Shown one piece after another: positions 21,286-30,751 of a stretch of 64,000 bases of DNA. The position numbers and the translations under genes were made by a program. Within the stretch, counting starts at the first letter, position 1, and each line of letters begins with the position of its first letter. The DNA comes from Promethearchaeota archaeon (GTDB lineage Archaea; Asgardarchaeota; Lokiarchaeia; Sigyniarchaeales; SOKP01). The notes beneath the pieces were generated by a model. The model saw only the letters and a list, made by a program, of their open reading frames with translations. It was not told the origin of the DNA and ran no database searches. The stretch is from contig JAHPZE010000009.1 in NCBI GenBank assembly GCA_019058365.1, positions 67,034-131,033 of the forward strand, in the 5' to 3' direction.

Positions 21286-21714
21286 TTAATATTGTTTTTT
21301 AATTAATTTCAATATTTCTCTAATGAAATTTTCTACATCAGTTAATCTTTCTTTTGTAAACATTAGAACTCTTGAATTGTCAATTTTAGCATATCCATGG
21401 ACTAATACATTTCTGAACCTAGCCATAGAAGCTAAATTGTTACTCAATGGTTCTTTAATAATATCATTACTATCAAGAATCTCAAACATTTCAGCATAGC
21501 TTTCTGCTCTTTGAAACCCTTTTACTGAAATTATATGTGAAGCGATATCAATACAAGTTTCAATTATTTCAAATAGTGAGTATTTAATAGCTTGAATATC
21601 TTTATAGCTACTTAAAAGGACAGATTCAATTTTTTCTTTTTATGGGTTTAAAAAAGCTATATTTCGTTCAATAATATCTATTTTACCATGAATTAATTGC
21701 TTATCTATTTGCAT
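21286..21714 (-). pseudogene. HEPN (DUF86/HepT-like) toxin gene with premature stop
   Basis: ATG at 21714 overlaps the MNT 3' end: MQIDKQLIHGKIDIIERNIAFLNP*KEK..DIQAIKYSLFEIIETCIDIASHIIS..SYAEMF..FRNVLVHGY. In-frame TAA at 21640-21642 (codon 25). RX4HXY motif intact. Confidence 0.8.
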
Positions 21715-22120
21715 ATCTCAACTCTCTCATATTATTGTAAATTTCAAAATGTGGCTTAATATCTAAATATTCTTTCATAATTTTTGCTTCAAATTGAATT
21801 CTTATGGTCTCATCACTCGAGTAAATAATTTTAGAATTTTTAAGCATTGAAAAAAGAAATCTTAAAGGTTTTTTATTTAAAATTCTTATATCTACTGGTG
21901 TAATCCCTCCAAACGTATCTCTAAGCTTATTTTCTAATCTTCCAGCTAATTCTGCTTCATACATTAACTTCGGGTTAAAATTATCGCTAATTAATAATCC
22001 AATATCAATATCTTCATAAAAATCACTATATAATACAGAACCATAAAGATAGGATGCGATAATCTCCTTATTTCCTGATAAAATTTCTGTTAATGCCTTC
22101 TTTATTTCTTCAATATTCAT
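21701..22120 (-). CDS. Minimal nucleotidyltransferase (MNT/MntA-like antitoxin)
   Basis: YLYGSVLYSDFYEDIDIG and VDIRILN motifs; overlaps the HEPN start. Confidence 0.85.
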   Translation of the reverse strand: MNIEEIKKALTEILSGNKEIIASYLYGSVLYSDFYEDIDIGLLISDNFNPKLMYEAELAGRLENKLRDTFGGITPVDIRILNKKPLRFLFSMLKNSKIIYSSDETIRIQFEAKIMKEYLDIKPHFEIYNNMRELRYANR

Positions 22121-22261
22121 TTTATAATAATTCTAATGTCCTTTCAATTAAATATATTTTATGGGAACAAACAAAAAATTTATCTTCTTTTTGGTTAAAA
22201 AGTAGAGTTACTAACTTTCATTAGTTTAAACTTTTTTATTAAATGTAACTCTCAATTCTTT

Positions 22262-22549
22262 ATGGATTTTTGGTTAATTTTAAGAATTATTTTCGTAATT
22301 TTTCTGATAATTTTAGGAATTTTCTTTTTCATTATATATATTATATTAAGAATTATCCAAAGGTATCATAAATTTCTAATCCCAGGTTTTATGACGCGTA
22401 TAATTGATAATCCTATTAGAAGAAAATTTATACAAAAACCTGAAACTGTTGTTAAACGAATGAAACTCGAACCTAGTATGGTTATTATTGAGATCGGATC
22501 AGGAGATTGGTTTATTTATCAATTAAGCTTTAAAAAAAGGAAGACTTAG
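22262..22549 (+). pseudogene. Truncated membrane-anchored class I SAM methyltransferase
   Basis: TM + IDNPIRRKFIQKPETVVKRMKLEPSMVIIEIGSG (start of motif I). The ORF ends 14 codons later. Confidence 0.55.
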
Positions 22550-22551
22550 TA

Positions 22552-23106
22552 ATGAAAATTAACGGATTAAAATTACACAGAAAAATATCTTGGTTGGTTG
22601 CATTTTTTTCATTAGTTGTACTAATTATAGTGAGTTCACATAAATTTCTTGAAATTTACGACTTCTACCCTGTTTTTCATTTGAGTCTGGAATGGACTTT
22701 AATGGGATTATTTATTATACATTGCATTCTTTCACAAAAAAATTTGAAACTTTGGTTCCCTCGTATATTTAAAGGGTTAAAAAATGAGAGAACTCGTCCC
22801 ATATACATTTTTAGATTGATACAACTAATTACAAATAGAGTAATTATTATTTTAGGCGCACTAGTCGTAATATCTGGTTTAGGATATTATAAGTGGTATG
22901 CTAAAAGTATTGGAATAGTAATACCATTTAGTTTGCATGTATATTATGATTTTTCTATGATGATATGCATCATAATTCACATTGCAGTTGGATTTAAATT
23001 CATGTCCATAAGAAGGAGAATAAGAACTCGGAGTTCTAATCTATTTATAATTCTTTTAAGTAGCATCTTAATAATTATGATTACTCTTCTAAATTTTGTA
23101 CTATAG
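22552..23106 (+). CDS. Membrane protein with repeated His-bearing helices (DUF4405/cytochrome b-like)
   Basis: LHRKISW, FHLSLEW..IIHCI and LHVYYD..IIHIAVG; possible heme ligands. Confidence 0.55.
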   Translation: MKINGLKLHRKISWLVAFFSLVVLIIVSSHKFLEIYDFYPVFHLSLEWTLMGLFIIHCILSQKNLKLWFPRIFKGLKNERTRPIYIFRLIQLITNRVIIILGALVVISGLGYYKWYAKSIGIVIPFSLHVYYDFSMMICIIIHIAVGFKFMSIRRRIRTRSSNLFIILLSSILIIMITLLNFVL

Positions 23107-23143
23107 GAAAAAAAATAAAAAAAGGATTAGATAAATTAAATAT

Positions 23144-24151
23144 TTATAATCTTTTAATAATCAATTCAGCCATTCGGTTAGAGAAACCCCATTCATTATC
23201 ATACCAGCTTAACACAAAAACTTCATCCTCTACTACCTTAGTCCAAAGACCATTGAATATTGAGCTATGTGAATTACCTATAATATCACTACTTACAATT
23301 GGGTCATCGGTATATTCTAATATACCCTTTAAACTATTATTGGAAGCTTCTTTCATCTTAGAGTTTATGTCCTCAACAGTACATCTATTTTCTACAATTG
23401 CTTTTAAATCAACCACGCTACCATCAAGTGTAGGAACTCTCATAGCTATACCATCTAATTTACCTTTAAGTTCTGGAAACACTAATCCAATAGCTTTAGC
23501 AGCTCCTGTAGATGTAGGAATCATATTTGAAGCAGCAGCTCTCCCACGGATCATTTTGGAAGCATCCCCCGCCCGAGCAATATCTGCTGTTGTCTGATCG
23601 TTAGTGTAAGAGTGAATCGTCGTCATTAGACCATATTTAATTTTATAATTCTCATGTAATACTTTAACAACTGGAGCTAAACAGTTCGTAGTACAGGATG
23701 CATTCGAAAGTATCTTATGCTCATTTGTTATTTTGGCATCATTACATCCTAACACCACTGTAATATCAGGGTTAGTTGCTGGAGCACTTATTAAAACTCT
23801 TTTTGCTCCCGCAGTTAAATGTTTAGATGCTCCATCCCTATCAGTAAATCTACCAGTTGATTCTACAGCAACATCCACACTCTTACTTCCATGTGGTAAG
23901 TTTGCAGGATCTCTTTCAGCAGTAATTGGAATTTCTTTGCTACCTATTACTAATGATTTTTCTTTAGCTTCCACTTTACCTTTAAATCGGCCAAAAACAG
24001 TATCATATTTCAAGGAATAAGCCAAATACTTTGGTTCAAAAAGATCATTAATCGATACAATATCGATATCATTCCAAAAATTATCATATACTGCTCTAAA
24101 GAATAATCGACCGATTCGACCAAAACCGTTGATTGCGACTCTTTTCGCCAT
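23144..24151 (-). CDS. gap: Type I (bacterial/eukaryotic class) glyceraldehyde-3-phosphate dehydrogenase
   Basis: INGFGRIGR, ESTG, NASCTTNCLAP, TGAAKA, RVPT and WYDNE motifs. Confidence 0.97.
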   Translation of the reverse strand: MAKRVAINGFGRIGRLFFRAVYDNFWNDIDIVSINDLFEPKYLAYSLKYDTVFGRFKGKVEAKEKSLVIGSKEIPITAERDPANLPHGSKSVDVAVESTGRFTDRDGASKHLTAGAKRVLISAPATNPDITVVLGCNDAKITNEHKILSNASCTTNCLAPVVKVLHENYKIKYGLMTTIHSYTNDQTTADIARAGDASKMIRGRAAASNMIPTSTGAAKAIGLVFPELKGKLDGIAMRVPTLDGSVVDLKAIVENRCTVEDINSKMKEASNNSLKGILEYTDDPIVSSDIIGNSHSSIFNGLWTKVVEDEVFVLSWYDNEWGFSNRMAELIIKRL

Positions 24152-24530
24152 TTTATATCACTTTATTCTTTTTTCAATTTAATTCGTTTTATTAGAAATA
24201 ACAATCTAAATATGTGGTAGATAGTTTTTTAATTTTCTAGTTTTAAATCGTAAATTTTTGAATTCTAAAGTCAAAAAAATAAAAAAATCTAAAAATATGG
24301 TTATAGCATTCTATTAATCACATCTTCAAAGATGATTAAAAAAGCCCAATTTGTTGCTAAAAAAGCTTACTACAAAAATCATCTTCCTTATTGGCATTTC
24401 TTTAGAAAGGAGAAAAAAAATTGATTACCTTTAAAGGGACTATATTATTTTCTTAACCTAAATTTTTATTTAATTAAAAATTCTATTTTTATTAAAATTT
24501 ATTTAATAAATTTTTCAACAGAATAAGGAT

Positions 24531-25961
24531 ATGAACAATATGGAAGAAAAAAAAGAAGAGGAAATAAGAGATATTCCCGGTAGAACAGGTACGCAAGTTA
24601 CAATAAATCTCGCAAATATTATTGATAATGCTGATGGTCAAATTTTTCCTTCTGTTTATGAACAAATTCAATCTTCACCATTAAATTTAAGTGTTGTACA
24701 ATTAGGGAATTTAACAGGTATTAGATCATTATTGCAAGCTGTCACAACCCCACTATGGGGTTGGTGGAGCGATAAGCATTCAAGAAAGCGAGTATTGGCT
24801 CTGGGGTGTTTCTTTTGGGCAATTTTTACAATTTTAATTGCTTTTAGTGTTTCTTATATGGATATGCTTATATATAGGGCAATAACAGGAATAGGTCTTG
24901 CTGTAATTATTCCTACCGCTCAATCCCTCATTGCAGACTATTTTTCTCCTAGTAAACGAGGAAGAGCTTTTGGATGGTTAGGTCTTACGGGTGTACTTGG
25001 GAGTATTCTTGGAACCATATATGCAACAGCATTAGTTGGTGCTTATACACAAATTCTTGGTATCGAGACTTGGAGATTTATATTTATTATCTGGGGAGTA
25101 ATAAGCATAATTATTGGTCTTTTGGTTTGGTTATTTGCTAAAGATCCTATTCGTGGTGAAATGGAACCAGAATTACGTAAAGTTTTGACTTCAGAAAAAG
25201 CAAAAAGGTATAGCTTAAAAATCTCAGACTTTAAACAGATTCTTACAAATAAAACATTCCTTTTAATTGTTCTTCAAGGCACTGCTGGTTCAATTCCATG
25301 GAATGGTATCTTTTTTATGATAATTTGGTTTGAATACATTGGATTTGATCCATTAACTGCAGGGTTAGTTTTTTCTGTTATTGCCATAGGTGCAGCCTTA
25401 GGCAATCTTTTTGGTGGATGGCTTGGAGATAAAGCAGCTAAATGGAGTCCTAATCGTGGAAGGATATTAATTGCGCAGATATCAGTTTTTGCAGGAATTC
25501 CCTTAACTATGGTAATATTTTTAATGATACCGCAGACAATTAATTCTATGTTAATGTATATCTTGGTTGGGGCTATAACTGGCTTCTTAATCTCTTGGTC
25601 TGCAGGAGGAACCAATAACCCAATTTTCAGCGAAATCTTTCAACCTGAAATTAGAAGTTCTGTCTTTTCAGTAGATAGAGTATTTGAAGGCGCTTTTGGT
25701 GCCTTGGGTACGGTGTTCGTGGGATTTGCTGCTGCGAGCTTTGGATACATCACCCCTCCTATTAATGTAGACATAAGTACATTACCGCTAGCATTTCGAT
25801 TATCGAACATGACAGCATTAGCATGGGGTATGTTTATTACTGCATTAATTCCATGGATTATTTGTTTAATCGTATATACATTTATCTACTTTACATATCC
25901 TAAAGATTATGAAAAGATGCGTGTTTTTCTAGAAAATAGAGCTAAAAAATTAGAAGAATGA
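24531..25961 (+). CDS. MFS transporter (spinster-like)
   Basis: WGWWSDKHSRK, SLIADYF..RGRAFG and GGWLGD motifs; about 12 TM. Confidence 0.85.
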   Translation: MNNMEEKKEEEIRDIPGRTGTQVTINLANIIDNADGQIFPSVYEQIQSSPLNLSVVQLGNLTGIRSLLQAVTTPLWGWWSDKHSRKRVLALGCFFWAIFTILIAFSVSYMDMLIYRAITGIGLAVIIPTAQSLIADYFSPSKRGRAFGWLGLTGVLGSILGTIYATALVGAYTQILGIETWRFIFIIWGVISIIIGLLVWLFAKDPIRGEMEPELRKVLTSEKAKRYSLKISDFKQILTNKTFLLIVLQGTAGSIPWNGIFFMIIWFEYIGFDPLTAGLVFSVIAIGAALGNLFGGWLGDKAAKWSPNRGRILIAQISVFAGIPLTMVIFLMIPQTINSMLMYILVGAITGFLISWSAGGTNNPIFSEIFQPEIRSSVFSVDRVFEGAFGALGTVFVGFAAASFGYITPPINVDISTLPLAFRLSNMTALAWGMFITALIPWIICLIVYTFIYFTYPKDYEKMRVFLENRAKKLEE

Positions 25962-26184
25962 ACATTTATTTTTTTTTTAATAATTTATATATTAAATTAG
26001 ATATTTTAGAAATTGAATAAAATTTTATCCATCAGAAGACAATGTTATTAAATCGCGTAGAAAGAAATATTGAGCCAAGTTCTTTAGTCACTTTTTATCA
26101 AAAGGATGATTAAAAATATTTGCATCCAATAAAATAATTTAAATTAATATAAAAAAAGATTTATGGATTTAAGGAATTTTGATC

Positions 26185-28557
26185 TTACATTTTTTCTTTT
26201 GCATGTTCGATATTTCTCAAAATAGTTTGTGCTAATGGAATTTGACTTAAACCAATTTGTTGTAGAATTTGTAAAGCTTCTTGATATTTTTGTATCGCAG
26301 CACCATAGTTTTTTTGATAAAAATCAATAGTTCCAATGTTATGGATAATACCTGCCATTCCTACAGAATCACCTAATTGTTTATATAATGTGAGTGCATT
26401 TTCATACATCATAAGGGCTTCAAATAAATTTCTCTGGTCTTCTAAAATCATCCCAATATCCTCTAAACATTTTGCTTGTAAATTTGGCTGATTCATCTTA
26501 GCACTTAATTCTGAAGCCTCTTCGAATGCTTTTAAAGCCTTTTTACGATCTCCTTTCTCACGATATACCCCCCCTAAATTTATAAGTGTATTTGCCTTTC
26601 CAAGCTGATATCCTACACGTTCGAAAATCTTTAAAGTTCTTTCCCAAACTTTCATTGCCTTTAATTGGTCTCCTTGATAAAAATATACTAATCCTTCATT
26701 ACTGAAGGTTGTACCTTCGAGTAAGGGATCATTTAACGAATCTCCTAATTTTAAAGCCTCTTCAAAATAGTTCAATGCTTCATTAAAGTTGCTAAGGTTT
26801 GTATATATTAACCCAATGTTATTAAGAGTAGATACTCTTTTTGATAAAGATCCTATTTTTATAGAGATATCAAGCGCTTGTTTGAAATATTCGAGTGCTT
26901 CATAAAATCTGCCAATAGCACGGAATAATTCACCAATTGTATTTAAACATGCAACTTTACCGTCAAGATCAGATAGAAGATCATTAATATGAAGTGATTC
27001 TTCATAACTCTTATAAGCCGCATCCACATTACCTAAACTTAATTGAATCATTCCTATAATCATAAGCATATCCGCTTTATCAGACAGTTTTCCTAATTGA
27101 TCAAAGATTTGAAGCGATTCAGTGGCTTTTTTTAAAGCCTCAACATTGTTTCCCATATTTTTAATAATTGAACTAATATTTCTAAGAGTTATAGCTTTGG
27201 AAAAATAGTCATTAGTTTGTTCAAATAATGGGAGAGCTTCATTAAAATATTTTAAAGCCTCAGAATATTTACCCCATGCATTATATATATTCGCAATATT
27301 ATTATAACAGGCGGCTTTCCATTCCTTAGGTTCTATTTTTTCTGCAGATTTTAATGCTTGATTATATAATTTTAGAGCTTCAGAGTAATTTCCTTGCTCA
27401 TAATGAATTTTTCCTATTAGATTGAGTGATTTTATAATCATGACTTCATCTTTAATTTTTTCTGAAATCTTAAGTAATTCTTGCGCACATCGGAGTGAAT
27501 CCTCCATTAAATTAAAATCGAAATATATTGTTTGTGGAATAAAGTATCTCATAAGATCATTTGGTGGAGTAATATTTTCTTTTAGCCATTCTAAGGGTGA
27601 AATTGAAAAATTATCTTGACTTAAGTTTGGGGAGCCACTTAATAATTTATTGGCTAATCTTGATGTATTCACATCAACCCTATAAACGTTCTTTACATTA
27701 TTCATTTGTTTTATTTCTGTAAGAATTTGATCTACTTTTTCCATACTTTTTGACCTCTCTATATCAGTGGATTCAATTTCATAGATTATCTCCCTTCCCA
27801 TGTCGTCCCATATAAAATTAATCCATACTAGATTCTCGATATTATGTAATTTCTTTAAAGTAGGAACAACATCAAAATCATCACTCCCAGAATAACCCAT
27901 GACAATTAATGAGCGCCCGCTTGAGATATTATCAAATAAAGATCGTTTAAATGGCTCCACTTGAAAAACACTCATTCCTTCTTTATTTGATCCAAATGCC
28001 TGTATAGTTGCAACTAAGGTATCTCTTGTACTTTCATTAGAAATTATATTTTTTGTAGAACCATGAATTTTGTAGACTGTCTTTAGACCATTTAAAAATA
28101 AGTCTGAAGGAACAGCGTAATTTTCGAAGTCTTGTCGTGTAATAATAATCTTTATTTGTTCTTTAGGTATATCTAACTGGAGTAGAGCCTGTTCTATTAA
28201 AAAATCGAAATTTGTTGTCATTAAAAAATGTCCTTGAGTAATCTTTTCAGCAAGATAAAAATGTTGAGAGTTTGGTTTATTACACAACCCATAATAATCA
28301 ATAATTTTTAACTCTGGATCCAAATTATCTCTTATGATCTCTACTAATGCTTCAAACCGAAGTTCTTTTATCATAAGTATTTTCTCTACTTCTGATTCAG
28401 CACATATAAATTTTATCATGGCATCCATCATTGAACGACCAGCAGGTTGACAAGAGGGAGCATCTACAGAACAGCCAGCACCAATTAAAAATGTCAATTT
28501 CTGGTTATTTCCTAAAAGGTCTTCTATTTTTAAATTAGCTTTTTTCATGTTAATCAT
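26185..28557 (-). CDS. SIR2-like domain fused to about 10 TPR repeats
   Basis: FLIGAGCS, TTNFD, KIHGS and GYSGSDDFD motifs, then ~40-aa TPRs (LNNIGLIY..EALNYFEEAL). Confidence 0.85.
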   Translation of the reverse strand: MINMKKANLKIEDLLGNNQKLTFLIGAGCSVDAPSCQPAGRSMMDAMIKFICAESEVEKILMIKELRFEALVEIIRDNLDPELKIIDYYGLCNKPNSQHFYLAEKITQGHFLMTTNFDFLIEQALLQLDIPKEQIKIIITRQDFENYAVPSDLFLNGLKTVYKIHGSTKNIISNESTRDTLVATIQAFGSNKEGMSVFQVEPFKRSLFDNISSGRSLIVMGYSGSDDFDVVPTLKKLHNIENLVWINFIWDDMGREIIYEIESTDIERSKSMEKVDQILTEIKQMNNVKNVYRVDVNTSRLANKLLSGSPNLSQDNFSISPLEWLKENITPPNDLMRYFIPQTIYFDFNLMEDSLRCAQELLKISEKIKDEVMIIKSLNLIGKIHYEQGNYSEALKLYNQALKSAEKIEPKEWKAACYNNIANIYNAWGKYSEALKYFNEALPLFEQTNDYFSKAITLRNISSIIKNMGNNVEALKKATESLQIFDQLGKLSDKADMLMIIGMIQLSLGNVDAAYKSYEESLHINDLLSDLDGKVACLNTIGELFRAIGRFYEALEYFKQALDISIKIGSLSKRVSTLNNIGLIYTNLSNFNEALNYFEEALKLGDSLNDPLLEGTTFSNEGLVYFYQGDQLKAMKVWERTLKIFERVGYQLGKANTLINLGGVYREKGDRKKALKAFEEASELSAKMNQPNLQAKCLEDIGMILEDQRNLFEALMMYENALTLYKQLGDSVGMAGIIHNIGTIDFYQKNYGAAIQKYQEALQILQQIGLSQIPLAQTILRNIEHAKEKM

Positions 28558-28719
28558 TTAAACTTCTTCTGTTATTTAAGATTTTTCAACTAAAAGTTAG
28601 AATTAATTTTTGATAATTGGAAGCTTATAAAGTACAATATAAAGAATGATAAAAAATTGAATTATATAAACTAATTGATTAAAAATTAATAATATGAAAA
28701 GTATGAAAATAATTTTTTT

Positions 28720-29493
28720 TTAAGCTTCCTCTTCTTCTTCAAATTCTTTACCCATTAGACGCATAACAGCATCAGCAAGCTTGTTTTGACTTCGACTCAT
28801 AATACCTTTTACTTTTCCTTCTTTTCCAAGAACTCTTAGCATGATGCCATTCCACACGGAAGAAGGTTCTCCTTTTATACTTTTAAACCTATCTCGATGA
28901 ACCTCAACACTAATGTTATCATAATTCTTAGCAGCTTCGGTACATTTAAAGCATAGAATGCATTTATCTCGATCTACTTCGATTGCTTTACTCTTTCTTT
29001 CCATAGCGCTCACAGAACATTCATCACAAAAAGCATCAATCCTCTTTATATCTTTTTCATTACAGGTAATTGTAATAGAACCCTCTACAACTTTACGTAC
29101 TTTTTGCCCATTCTCTAAAGTTCGTACTTCTTCTTCAAATTCGGGAAGGGAACCATTCTCAACTACATTTAGTTTTTTCTCGCCATTAATGAAAAGTTCT
29201 AATGTATATCCAGGACAAATCCACGTACAACAACCGCACCAGACGCACTTTTCAGTGTCAACTACTATTTTTTTGTCTGATTCAATTTTCATTTCTTTTG
29301 GGGTTCCTATAGCTGTCTTTTTTAGTGGTTCATCATAAATAGAGACGGTAACGGGACATACACGATGACAAAATCCGCATTCGATGCATTTTTCTTCATG
29401 ATATCGGAGTTGCATAACATGATTTAGCATTTTGAACTCGTAATCCACTGTATTTTCATCCACTTGAATAGCTTTTTTTGATGGTAGAGACAT
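28720..29493 (-). CDS. 4Fe-4S polyferredoxin (FwdF/FwdG-like)
   Basis: CIECGFCHRVCP, CVWCGCCTWICP and CILCFKC motifs. Confidence 0.8.
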   Translation of the reverse strand: MSLPSKKAIQVDENTVDYEFKMLNHVMQLRYHEEKCIECGFCHRVCPVTVSIYDEPLKKTAIGTPKEMKIESDKKIVVDTEKCVWCGCCTWICPGYTLELFINGEKKLNVVENGSLPEFEEEVRTLENGQKVRKVVEGSITITCNEKDIKRIDAFCDECSVSAMERKSKAIEVDRDKCILCFKCTEAAKNYDNISVEVHRDRFKSIKGEPSSVWNGIMLRVLGKEGKVKGIMSRSQNKLADAVMRLMGKEFEEEEEA

Positions 29494-29664
29494 TTTCTCT
29501 CTTATTTCTTAAGAATTTTAAATTAATTATTTATAATTCATATAATATAATAAACGTTTCAATTAAGTATCTCGTATTCGATTTGACAATGAATTGAACT
29601 AAGAATATATTTATATAAGATTATCTTTTTTTTCAATAATTCAATAATATTTGCAAATCCAAAT

Positions 29665-30414
29665 GTGAATCTGAGCATTTTAAAATTGACAAATTTTTGT
29701 AGGAATATTTTTATTATTCACTTCCTTGTTCTTTCTGTAATCAATCTTTCCATATTTCAAGGGATAGGTAATCTTCAAGCTATCCAACAATCAGATTTAA
29801 TATATGAAGATCAAATTGAGTTAAAATACGGAATTCCAACCCAATTATCAGAAGCATCTGTTCCGTCTAGTGCCACATTTGATGTATGGGGTATTACAGA
29901 TATTTATCTCAGTGCAAACTATTCATATAATAATGGTTCAATTTGGATAGATGATCAAAATGAAAAAGGAATATGGGAACATGATCTTAATGAAGCTTTC
30001 GAAGTTGATATGAACTTAAACGATTCATCTATGAGATATTATAGTTTATGGGCCAACTCATCAACTTTAGGGAATAATACATTGTATTACACTTTCATCC
30101 CTCGGATTTTTCATGAAGGGAATGTTGGTTTAATAATTATTATCATTACGGTATTTATGATGCCTATTTTAATTATCGTTTTGATTGCTAGAGAGAAGGG
30201 GAGAAAAAAAGATTCGCATTCTGTGAGAGTTGCTAAAAAAATTGGGGAGAGAATTGCATTAAGATTTGAAGATAAATATCAAGAAAAAGTAAAATCAATA
30301 TCCGAACAAAAATTTAAGAAAAGAGAGAAAAAGTTGTGCCCTAAGTGTGGGTTTGAAATTAAAGTCAAAGATGATAACTTTTGTACAGAGTGTGGTTTTA
30401 AATTAAGAAGGTAA
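29665..30414 (+). CDS. Membrane protein with C-terminal zinc ribbon
   Basis: Signal/TM, second TM, then CPKCG..NFCTECG. Confidence 0.7.
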   Translation: MNLSILKLTNFCRNIFIIHFLVLSVINLSIFQGIGNLQAIQQSDLIYEDQIELKYGIPTQLSEASVPSSATFDVWGITDIYLSANYSYNNGSIWIDDQNEKGIWEHDLNEAFEVDMNLNDSSMRYYSLWANSSTLGNNTLYYTFIPRIFHEGNVGLIIIIITVFMMPILIIVLIAREKGRKKDSHSVRVAKKIGERIALRFEDKYQEKVKSISEQKFKKREKKLCPKCGFEIKVKDDNFCTECGFKLRR

Positions 30415-30458
30415 ATAAGAAAAAATAAATAAAAATTAAACTTAAAAATGGATATATC

Positions 30459-30599
30459 TTAAAACATCAATGAAATTGCGATATCTAGAATAAAATACAA
30501 TGCAAGGATAAATAAAGCTGTCCAGTAGATGATTCGAAAATATTTCCATATTGTCCATTTATTCTCTTTTATTGAATCCCATAATTCTTTACGATTCAT
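30459..30599 (-). CDS. Small single-TM protein (46 aa)
   Basis: MNRKELWDSIKENKWTIWKYFRIIYWTALFILALYFILDIAISLMF, with GGAGGT RBS upstream. The track extends it to 30674. Confidence 0.6.
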   Translation of the reverse strand: MNRKELWDSIKENKWTIWKYFRIIYWTALFILALYFILDIAISLMF

Positions 30600-30615
30600 T
30601 TTTTTAGACCTCCGT

Positions 30616-30750
30616 TTAAATGAAGAAATGGTATTTCCATAATATAAATGGAACAATGACGAGAAGACCCACAATTATCATGATAATAAGTTCAATGAGA
30701 AATTTTTGATTTTGAGTCAATTCATTTTCCTTTTCTTTTTCTTCAACCAT
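30616..30750 (-). CDS. Small single-TM protein (44 aa), not in ORF track
   Basis: MVEEKEKENELTQNQKFLIELIIMIIVGLLVIVPFILWKYHFFI; ATG lies 1 nt after the upstream stop. Confidence 0.6.
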   Translation of the reverse strand: MVEEKEKENELTQNQKFLIELIIMIIVGLLVIVPFILWKYHFFI

Positions 30751-30751
30751 A

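Noticed and set aside
24332-24424. 30-codon ORF between gap and the MFS gene
   Set aside because: Too short, with no RBS or motif support.
18413-28557. Sir2-HerA defence system
   Set aside because: The HerA and SIR2-TPR genes are about 6 kb apart with unrelated genes between them.
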